DNA of 46,373 bases from an uncultured Nitrososphaerota archaeon (GTDB lineage Archaea; Korarchaeota; Korarchaeia; Korarchaeales; Korarchaeaceae): the NCBI GenBank assembly GCA_964618805.1, contig CAZUBM010000017.1, positions 1 to 46,373 of the forward strand, written 5' to 3'. This document shows, in pieces, positions 39,269 to 46,373 of the stretch (position 1 is its first letter; each line of letters begins with the position of its first letter). The notes under the pieces were generated by a model that was not told where the DNA came from, searched no databases, and saw only the letters and a program-made list of their open reading frames with translations. A program made the translations under genes and the position numbers.

Positions 39269-40219
39269 ATGTTAACAACACTGGACGAGCTTCAGAAACG
39301 AGTAGCAAAAATTGTAGAAAAATTGACGAGAAGCATAGTAAATATAACCACCACTCGTCTTTTACCAAGCGTATTTCTCCTCCCTGTGCCGGTGAAAGGT
39401 ATTGGAACGGGATTTATCATAGATGAGGAAGGACATGTGGTCACTAACGCTCACGTTTTGTCCGAAGCTAGGAAGGCAGAGATCTACTTATATAATGGAG
39501 ACATGGCTGAAGCTAAGTTTGTTGGAAAAGATCCCTGGACAGATGTGGCTGTCATGAAAATAAAGAGGGTAGATCTTGAACCAGTCGAATTGGGTGATTC
39601 AGACAAGCTATCAGTTGGGCAATTCGTCATAGCTATAGGTAATTCATTTGGTCTGGCAGGAGGTCCAACGGTCACTTTTGGGGTAATTAGTGCCCTTGGA
39701 AGGCATATAAGAACTGAAAGAGGCCCCCTTCTTGCTGGTCTCATTCAAACAGATGCTGCTATAAATCCTGGAAACAGCGGAGGTCCGCTAGTTGATCTAG
39801 ATGGAAAGGTAGTCGGCATGAATACCGCTATAATCCCGTACGCCCAAGGAATTGGGTTTGCGATTCCGATAAACTTAGTTTCTAGAGTGGCCGGAGATCT
39901 GATAAGACTTGGCGCAGTTAGAAGGCCCTGGCTTGGTATAAATGGCATCGATGTAGATCCAAAGATGGCTAAGCATTATGGGTTAAGTGTCAGCAAGGGA
40001 GCCTTGGTGGTTAATGTGATAAGGGGAGGGCCAGCGTGGCGTGCTGGCCTAAGAAAGGGCGATGTTATAGTTTCAATTAAAGGGGTTGAGGTCAAAGGTA
40101 TGGACGACCTAATTGGACAGCTTTGGGAAGAGACTCCTGGCAGCACGGTAGAGATATCCATTGTTAGGAGAAATCAGCTAATGAGGCTTAAGGTAGTATT
40201 GGGCACTCCCCCTTCTTAA
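39269..40219 (+). CDS. HtrA/DegP-like serine protease with one PDZ domain
   Basis: TNAHV, TDVAV and QTDAAINPGNSGGPL triad motifs; PDZ GGPA..AGL.KGDVI. Confidence 0.95.
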   Translation: MLTTLDELQKRVAKIVEKLTRSIVNITTTRLLPSVFLLPVPVKGIGTGFIIDEEGHVVTNAHVLSEARKAEIYLYNGDMAEAKFVGKDPWTDVAVMKIKRVDLEPVELGDSDKLSVGQFVIAIGNSFGLAGGPTVTFGVISALGRHIRTERGPLLAGLIQTDAAINPGNSGGPLVDLDGKVVGMNTAIIPYAQGIGFAIPINLVSRVAGDLIRLGAVRRPWLGINGIDVDPKMAKHYGLSVSKGALVVNVIRGGPAWRAGLRKGDVIVSIKGVEVKGMDDLIGQLWEETPGSTVEISIVRRNQLMRLKVVLGTPPS

Positions 40220-41419
40220 CTATAAAATCATTGACATCACTTCTGTAACCTCGTCTTCATCGAGTATTTCCATATCTCTAAGCCTTGTGATCCCTTTCAT
40301 GATCAAGTCAGAATATCTCGCGACAAGATCTCTTTCGCTTCCTATTTCTGAGATATAAGAAGAGAATCTCACATTATCTAGAAGTTCTTTGTCTAATAAG
40401 TACTTCATTCTCTCGTAAAATTGAGATCTAGTCTCTATCGGGACTACCATGGCTCCAAATGCTTTCCTGAGCTTGCCTCCAATGCCAAGCTTAGAGAGGC
40501 TTGATGGAGGTATAACAAGAAATCTTCTACCTTCCTTTCCTGAAAGAGAAGCGATCATAAATGGAACCTCAAATTCAAGGCCTTCAGGGGCATTTTCTTC
40601 TAATGCTCTTACGAAGGATTCTCTATTACTCTTAGCCTTTTCAAGTCTCTCTAACAAGGAGTTCAATGCATTCAGGGGTTCTGCAAGGATCTCTTTGAAT
40701 TTCTCTATTTCATTTTTCATCTCTTCCTTCAACTTCTTGATCTCAAGTTCTGCTTTCGAACCTAAGTAGCGTTTGGCGTCTTCAATCCTAGTTTCATAAA
40801 TCTTTCTGATCTCTTCTTCTTTTTCCATCGATTCTTTCTCTAAAGAACTCTTAAGTCTAAATAATGAGTCCATGTACGCATTAATTTCTACAACCTCCTT
40901 TTTTAATAGGTCAACCAATCCTATGCCTTCCTTAGCTTTTTCTAGAAACTCCTCTTCGCTTATCCTGTCTTGTAGTTTTATCCCCGGTATTCCCTCTCCT
41001 TCTATGAGTTCGTGAAGGATATCCTTTGCTACATAAACTGGAACGAGTCCATCTATTTTATGAAAGATCTTGGGCTCCGGAATGAGTCCTTGAGCTCTTT
41101 CTAACTTGATTTTTAATTCTTCTGCCGAAAGAGTTGGACCAGAGACCTGCTGCATTGCTTCTCTTATGTTCTGCAAGGGCTCTATCGTTAAAGCTAAACC
41201 AAACAATCCAAGTGGGTCAAAGAAGAGAGTTTTACCGTCTGCTGAGATGGTTCTGAGCGGCCACAAAATTTTAATTAGGAAATCTAATCGCTCAACAGGT
41301 CTTTTCCTTATAAGACCTGCTTTTCTCCTTTTTGAGGTTATATATGAGAGAGAAGTAGCCAATTCAAACTCTGGCTCTGCCTGAAGGCCACCTATCAACA
41401 GATGAGGTACAGACCTCAA
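40220..41419 (-). CDS. Hypothetical protein with central coiled coil
   Basis: 399-aa ORF with an E/K-rich heptad region at about aa 160-275; no family recognised. Confidence 0.75.
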   Translation of the reverse strand: MRSVPHLLIGGLQAEPEFELATSLSYITSKRRKAGLIRKRPVERLDFLIKILWPLRTISADGKTLFFDPLGLFGLALTIEPLQNIREAMQQVSGPTLSAEELKIKLERAQGLIPEPKIFHKIDGLVPVYVAKDILHELIEGEGIPGIKLQDRISEEEFLEKAKEGIGLVDLLKKEVVEINAYMDSLFRLKSSLEKESMEKEEEIRKIYETRIEDAKRYLGSKAELEIKKLKEEMKNEIEKFKEILAEPLNALNSLLERLEKAKSNRESFVRALEENAPEGLEFEVPFMIASLSGKEGRRFLVIPPSSLSKLGIGGKLRKAFGAMVVPIETRSQFYERMKYLLDKELLDNVRFSSYISEIGSERDLVARYSDLIMKGITRLRDMEILDEDEVTEVMSMIL

Positions 41420-41536
41420 ACATACACCAGAATAGCATACACACGCTTCTTAAAAAAGAGTTCAACGTTAGCTCCAGCATTAAGTATCGACAAGAAAAGC
41501 CCCATCATTTTCAAAGAAAGGGATTTTACGAATTCT

Positions 41537-42226
41537 TTATAGACTCTTTAAGAGCCAAGAAACGAAAGACACAAAGACTGGGACTGAAAGATTGTCCTCT
41601 ATTCCATAAACTTCAGCAAAAGAAGCAGAAAGAGCTAGAATAAAGGCTCTACCTACGGGTTCTACGAAGAGAAGTGGACAGAAAAATGAAAAGAAACCAG
41701 CAATCACTCCTTCTAATGTGCCGTTTGAGAAGGGAATCTTTCTCTTACCGAAAGCCATCCCTACTAATGAGGAAAAGATATCAGTCGTCGCCATAGCTGC
41801 TATCCCATATATAACTTCATAGCCAAACAAAGTATAGGCCGTAAAAACACCAATAGTTCCATAAACTAAGCCTAAATAGCCAGCTCTTCTCTCATATTCT
41901 CTTTGCATTGCGTTGATGAGGGAGTCCATGGTCTCCAAGAGTTCCTCGATTTTCTTTCCAAAAGGACCTATCTCACTGGCTTTCTTCCTGAATTCTAGCA
42001 GTTTCTCCCTAGGAATTGGGCTTCTTATCCTGAACGCATTTGCTAAAGCTGCTCCTATCACAATCAAGGCATAAATGATGCCTGGTTCTGCAAGAGTTTC
42101 AATTCCTGGTGGATATGGCTGAGGCAAGATCATTTTTACTATTCCCTTCGAATACAACGGGATTGCAAGAGCTACAATAAGTAAGAAGTGCACTACCTTC
42201 CTTAGAACATCCCCATATGTGAGCAT
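41537..42226 (-). CDS. Dolichol/phytol kinase-like (SEC59/DGK1/VTE5) membrane protein
   Basis: RKVVH, RE.E, D..SSLVG..FG, TLEG..AG and EDNL.VP motifs. Confidence 0.82.
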   Translation of the reverse strand: MLTYGDVLRKVVHFLLIVALAIPLYSKGIVKMILPQPYPPGIETLAEPGIIYALIVIGAALANAFRIRSPIPREKLLEFRKKASEIGPFGKKIEELLETMDSLINAMQREYERRAGYLGLVYGTIGVFTAYTLFGYEVIYGIAAMATTDIFSSLVGMAFGKRKIPFSNGTLEGVIAGFFSFFCPLLFVEPVGRAFILALSASFAEVYGIEDNLSVPVFVSFVSWLLKSL

Positions 42227-42321
42227 TCTTTCTCCTTGAGATCAAGGGGTTTTATCTTACTTAATAAAAGGGTGCATGCGATAGGACTTTATTCTTCACC
42301 GGCTATTCGTCTTGGGTTAAA

Positions 42322-42849
42322 TTGAAGGATGCTCGATCTGGACGAATAATCTTGTTAGCTCATTGTTTGCTAAACCAAAATTCTGTGGTTATGGGACTAG
42401 CAAAGAGAAGGGGACCTGTTGACGAGTTAATAGGGATCTTTTTAAGAGAAGGAATAGGCATCGTTCAACTACCTTGCCCTGAGACTTGCTATTATGGGCT
42501 AAGGAGGTTTTGGGCAGTAAGGGAGCAGTTCGAAAACCCTGGATTCAGAAATTATTGCAAGAAATTAGCCTCAGAAGTTAGAGACTTGATCTTTGAGTAC
42601 TTAAGGAATGGATACGATGTAATAGGGGTTATAGGCATAAAAGGGAGTCCTTCGTGCGGGATTACAGAATCAGGATCTTCGGAAAGCTGGATGGGTCCTC
42701 CTTATGAAGCTAAAGAGTACGGCAAGGTCAAGAAAGCTGGAATCTTTATGGAAGAGCTAAGGAAAAAGTTAGAGAATCTAAAGTTCGAGGAATGGGATTG
42801 GAAAGACGTGGAAGGCTCTTTGTCAAGGATTAAGGATTTGATAAAATAA
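42322..42849 (+). CDS. DUF523/TudS-related (CD3072-like) putative thiouracil desulfidase
   Basis: HCLLNQNS, QLPCPE, GSPSCG and GIFMEEL motifs. Confidence 0.85.
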   Translation: MKDARSGRIILLAHCLLNQNSVVMGLAKRRGPVDELIGIFLREGIGIVQLPCPETCYYGLRRFWAVREQFENPGFRNYCKKLASEVRDLIFEYLRNGYDVIGVIGIKGSPSCGITESGSSESWMGPPYEAKEYGKVKKAGIFMEELRKKLENLKFEEWDWKDVEGSLSRIKDLIK

Positions 42850-42954
42850 TAAAGAGATGCCGAGCAGGATAGATCCTTTTTATTTTTCTTTTTGCTCATC
42901 AAACTGCTGTACTGCAATCTGTGGAAGGAAGGGATGGATTATAAATAGTAAATC

Positions 42955-43644
42955 TTAGGAAACTAGCCTTTTTTCTCCTCTCTTAACAAGTTCTTCCACA
43001 TAGCCAAGTCTACGAATCCTATACACTAACTCATAGAAGGTCAGTGATATTATCAGGAGAAGGAAGATGAGTAAAGATTCCGGAATGAATTCGGCGAAGA
43101 TACCTGCTAGCATAGTTAAGAACAATCTTATGTCTCTTCCAGCCCATATCCTCCTGTACTCGAGACCAGCACTTGCCTTTAGCTTTGCAGCAGAGTAACT
43201 TATGTTAAAGGATCCCATTAAAGCTAAGAAGCCCAAAATTATGACCAGAACTCCAAAGTCGATGTCTGGAAAAATATCTCTCCAAAGAGCGGAGTATTTG
43301 TAGGCTAGCACAGTTAGACCCGTGATTATGGCCCCGTCTCCGAGTCTATCTAGAATTGAGTCCAATATTTCGCCTTTCTTAGTTATACGATCGGTGAGCC
43401 TTGCTATTTCACCATCGCAGCCATCTAAGATGCTAGAAAGCTGAGCAGCAATCCCTCCGAGGAGAGGCTGACTTAAACAGAAGAGAAAAGCACTTAGGAT
43501 GGAGACAAAGAAGCTTATCACAGTCATGCCGCTTGGAGAGATGTTAACACCAGAATTTACTAAGGAAAGGCTTATCCTAGTAGATATCTTTCTGTTAATA
43601 TGTTTGGAGATAAATCCGTCTGTATCCTTTATTAGTTCCTGCAT
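42955..43644 (-). CDS. CDP-alcohol phosphatidyltransferase, DIPP-synthase-like
   Basis: DG.IS..INRKIST N-terminus, SILDGCDGEIAR...G..LDS.LDR signature and GRD.RL. Confidence 0.85.
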   Translation of the reverse strand: MQELIKDTDGFISKHINRKISTRISLSLVNSGVNISPSGMTVISFFVSILSAFLFCLSQPLLGGIAAQLSSILDGCDGEIARLTDRITKKGEILDSILDRLGDGAIITGLTVLAYKYSALWRDIFPDIDFGVLVIILGFLALMGSFNISYSAAKLKASAGLEYRRIWAGRDIRLFLTMLAGIFAEFIPESLLIFLLLIISLTFYELVYRIRRLGYVEELVKRGEKRLVS

Positions 43645-43775
43645 TCTACTTCACCTCCAGAAAAAGGGTCTAATTTGGATTCCCTCAAAGGATATAAAAA
43701 TGTCAGCATTATATGCCTTAAGGTCACTTAAGGGCAAGATCTTGAGAAAGATCGAGTTTCTGATGAAATACTAAC

Positions 43776-44576
43776 CTAGTCTTTATCTGGTATTTCTTCC
43801 TCAGCCCTCCTTTTTGCCTCAATTATCCTTCTAGTAACGCTTCTTGGCAAAGCAATATCCTCAACTCTTTCAGAGGTTGGTCTAAGTATCACTAACCCCT
43901 TCCCATTGACAATGCTTATCTCATACATCCTCAAGTCATGAGGGGTTTGCCTCATTTTCTCAATTAGGAGGTATCTTCTCAAGATTCCATTCCTAACTGC
44001 TCTCCTAAACCTTATTATTCCATCCGCTATGTGCTCTAGCCCAAATCCAAATGCAGAAGCTGTTGTAATTGCATACTGCGTAGTAGCCAGAACTGTAAAG
44101 TCCCACTTGTAGAGGACCTTCTTCATGTAATAGCTGTACTTCCTAGCCATTGCTGGCCTGTCCAACCAAAAGGCACTCATGCTGTCAACAACCAGTCTTG
44201 CTCTTCCATATCCCAAGGTTCTCTTAGCTTCAATCACTTTCTGAACAAGTTGTTCTGGATCCAAGCTCGTAAGGGTCCATTTGTCAGTGCCCATGAGCGC
44301 GTCTATTACTATGGCCTTTCCCTCCGATACTGCAGATCCAAGATCCATCCTAAATTCAGATGCCTGCTTGATAACGGACTCCCTAGATTCCTCAGTTGTA
44401 ACATAAATGACTTTATCTCCATCTTTAACCCCTTGCCAAGAGAAATGAAGGCCCAACACAGTTTTACCAGTGCCAGGCTCGCCCGCAACAGCTACAAAGA
44501 AGCCCTTGGGTACTCCCCCGCTTAGCATCTCATCAAGCTTTTTAATTCCAGTAGAAAGGCGCTCTATTTTTTGCAA
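43776..44576 (-). CDS. Single-domain KaiC-like ATPase (archaeal)
   Basis: STGI..LD.ML.GG.P, GEPGTGKT, TTEES, VVDS, EHIADGII and KMR.T.H motifs. Confidence 0.92.
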   Translation of the reverse strand: MQKIERLSTGIKKLDEMLSGGVPKGFFVAVAGEPGTGKTVLGLHFSWQGVKDGDKVIYVTTEESRESVIKQASEFRMDLGSAVSEGKAIVIDALMGTDKWTLTSLDPEQLVQKVIEAKRTLGYGRARLVVDSMSAFWLDRPAMARKYSYYMKKVLYKWDFTVLATTQYAITTASAFGFGLEHIADGIIRFRRAVRNGILRRYLLIEKMRQTPHDLRMYEISIVNGKGLVILRPTSERVEDIALPRSVTRRIIEAKRRAEEEIPDKD

Positions 44577-44693
44577 GGCAACATCAAATGAATTATCCAG
44601 AAAGCTTGATAAAAGTTCTTTTGAAGAGCTAAAATGTTGATGGATTAAGCGAAATGCTTAGCGCTGACAAATAAGAACATCACTCAAGAATTC

Positions 44694-45236
44694 TCATTCT
44701 GGCCATTTAGGCGAGATAAATTTTGCCAAGGCCATAAGAACTCCGTGTTCGTAGAGATCGCTCCTCTTTACAATTCCTCTTGTGAAAAATCCAATAGCTC
44801 CCTCCTTTCTCTTGGTATCCCTAATTCCAGTCAACTCATCCATGATATTTCCAAGCTCTTCCCCCTTCAATAATCTATGAATGAAGGCATTTGGACATTC
44901 GAACCATCCAGACATTCCTGTTGATATCCTTCCAGATCTTTCAATTATTGCAACAAACCCAGCTAGATAATAAATCTTGGAGAAAGTGAAAAGACCTCCT
45001 TCTATTCCTACACCAAATCTGGCTTCAGAAACTAATTTTAATGCCGAAGAGGCTCTATTCAAAGCCCCTATCATTGCTTGCTCCCCAATCGGTTGAGGAG
45101 GTACTTTAGAACTTACTTCTACAGGAATTACCTTAACCTTGCCAAATATCCTCCTAAAAGCCCTTTCTGTAGCTTCTTTCTTGACAGGATTGGTAGATCC
45201 TAAGGCAATGGTGACGCTTTCTGCTGTTTTATCCAT
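44694..45236 (-). CDS. yjjX: Inosine/xanthosine triphosphatase (YjjX family)
   Basis: GSTNPVK, V..QP, GA.NRA, GVGIEGG, ELG..MD and GAIG..T.G motifs. Confidence 0.92.
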   Translation of the reverse strand: MDKTAESVTIALGSTNPVKKEATERAFRRIFGKVKVIPVEVSSKVPPQPIGEQAMIGALNRASSALKLVSEARFGVGIEGGLFTFSKIYYLAGFVAIIERSGRISTGMSGWFECPNAFIHRLLKGEELGNIMDELTGIRDTKRKEGAIGFFTRGIVKRSDLYEHGVLMALAKFISPKWPE

Positions 45237-45587
45237 TTAAAACACTTCCTCGATAATCTTTAGGTAACATGGCTATAGAGAATGGATAAAATTTTACTTC
45301 CAGAATGCTTGTATAGACACTTTAGAATTCGGTTTGAAGGGCTGATGTACTCAGAGGTAGAAAAGCCCTGACCCTTAAAGGAAAGAGCAATTACATCTAC
45401 TTTTGCTCAATATTTGCTTCTGTTACAGACAAACATTAATTAGGCCTTGATCACTCTTTACTTTACAAGAATCTGATAATAAGCTTCTAACACCAAACAA
45501 CATTCGCTTTCATGAATTGAATTACGCATACCCTCAATCCATGACCAACTGCCCTCAAAAACCATTCCTAGAGCGGAAAAATTAAAA

Positions 45588-46268
45588 ATGAACCTCTTCA
45601 CTACGCTAGAGAGGAGAATGGTCTCACTCTTAAAAGAACTCAAAAATGCTGTCCTGAATTATGATGTTGAAGGAGCAGTTGAAGCCGCTAAGAAGGTCCT
45701 GAAAGAGGGTGTAGATCCAATAATGGCCATAGAAGAAGGTTTAGCAAGCGGTATAAGGGAAGTAGGAGATAAATATGGGGCTGGAGAAGTTTTCTTAACA
45801 GAGCTCATGATGGCAGCAGAGGCTATGAAGGCAGCTGTGGAAGTCCTTAAGCCGGAGATATTGAAAAGGGGAAGCAGCCTTAAGACATTAGGCAAAGTCT
45901 TGATAGGCACCGTAGAGGGTGACATACACGATATAGGCAAAAACCTCGTAGCCACTATGCTGATGGTGAACGGTTTTGAGGTAATAGACTTAGGAGCCGA
46001 TGTACCAGTGGAAGTATTTGTTCAGAAGGTCAAGGAACTAAAGCCAAATATACTGGGAATGTCTGCTCTTCTGACAACAACAATGCCAAAGCAGAAGGAA
46101 GTGATAGAGAAGCTGAGAGAAGAGGGACTTAGGGACAAAGTAAAGGTATTAGTTGGAGGGGCCCCTGTTACGGAGGAATGGGCGAGGGAGATAGGGGCGG
46201 ATGGATATGCACCTAACGCTATAGAGGCAGTTAAAGTAGCTAAAAGAGTTCTTAACTTGTTCGAATAA
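45588..46268 (+). CDS. Methyltransferase cognate corrinoid (B12-binding) protein
   Basis: Cap domain plus GTVEGDIHDIGKNLV (DxHxxG), SALLTTT and VGGAP motifs. The likely start is about 45618. Confidence 0.95.
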   Translation: MNLFTTLERRMVSLLKELKNAVLNYDVEGAVEAAKKVLKEGVDPIMAIEEGLASGIREVGDKYGAGEVFLTELMMAAEAMKAAVEVLKPEILKRGSSLKTLGKVLIGTVEGDIHDIGKNLVATMLMVNGFEVIDLGADVPVEVFVQKVKELKPNILGMSALLTTTMPKQKEVIEKLREEGLRDKVKVLVGGAPVTEEWAREIGADGYAPNAIEAVKVAKRVLNLFE

Positions 46269-46373
46269 ACCCGATCTAGAAAAATCGAAGAGTTTAAAGC
46301 AGCAGCTAAAGCGATGTTTTAAAATTTTACCTATGAGCCTAACCATTGTGTCCTCAGAATCAAGATTAAAAGG

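Noticed and set aside
45338-45369. Possible hammerhead ribozyme (CTGATG...GAAA)
   Set aside because: The core reads CUGAUGU rather than CUGANGA, and no consistent stems I/III or cleavage triplet can be built.
1-46373. CRISPR arrays, tRNA/rRNA genes, IS elements, provirus
   Set aside because: No regularly spaced repeats, cloverleaf or rRNA-like GC-rich tracts, transposase, integrase or virion genes were recognised; intergenic gaps are short and AT-rich.

Overview
Gene-dense (about 45 CDS) chromosomal segment from an archaeon. It is most consistent with an uncultured thermophilic TACK-type lineage, inferred from gene content, TATA boxes about 25-35 nt upstream of several start codons, a DIPPS-like enzyme and a single-domain KaiC protein. 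I found no rRNA, tRNA, CRISPR array or transposase. Content is mostly housekeeping or accessory: feoA and a feoB fragment with a DtxR-like palindrome, tmcA, ASCH, THUMP, FAH hydrolase, radical SAM, MFS, GNATs, nurA-herA, cofE, M28/M20/M29 peptidases, an MNT-HEPN pair, znuABC-like ABC, two AlaX editors, MscS, AIM24, uppS, HDAC, HtrA, lipid enzymes, TudS-like, KaiC, YjjX and a corrinoid protein. Most notable: (1) a stand-alone LigD 3'-phosphoesterase interrupted by a 148-aa mini-intein (C...SN/S) next to its active site; (2) a candidate ac4C writer/eraser/adaptor cluster (tmcA overlapping a YqfB-like ASCH gene, with a THUMP-only gene 2.2 kb on); (3) an MFS transporter fused to a DUF47/PhoU-like domain; (4) an orphan AEP primase-polymerase; (5) an orphan nurA-herA pair whose HerA lacks the usual arginine-finger motif; (6) an unlisted CTG-start membrane ORF; and (7) three apparently broken reading frames. 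All family calls come from motif recognition from memory; no database search was run.
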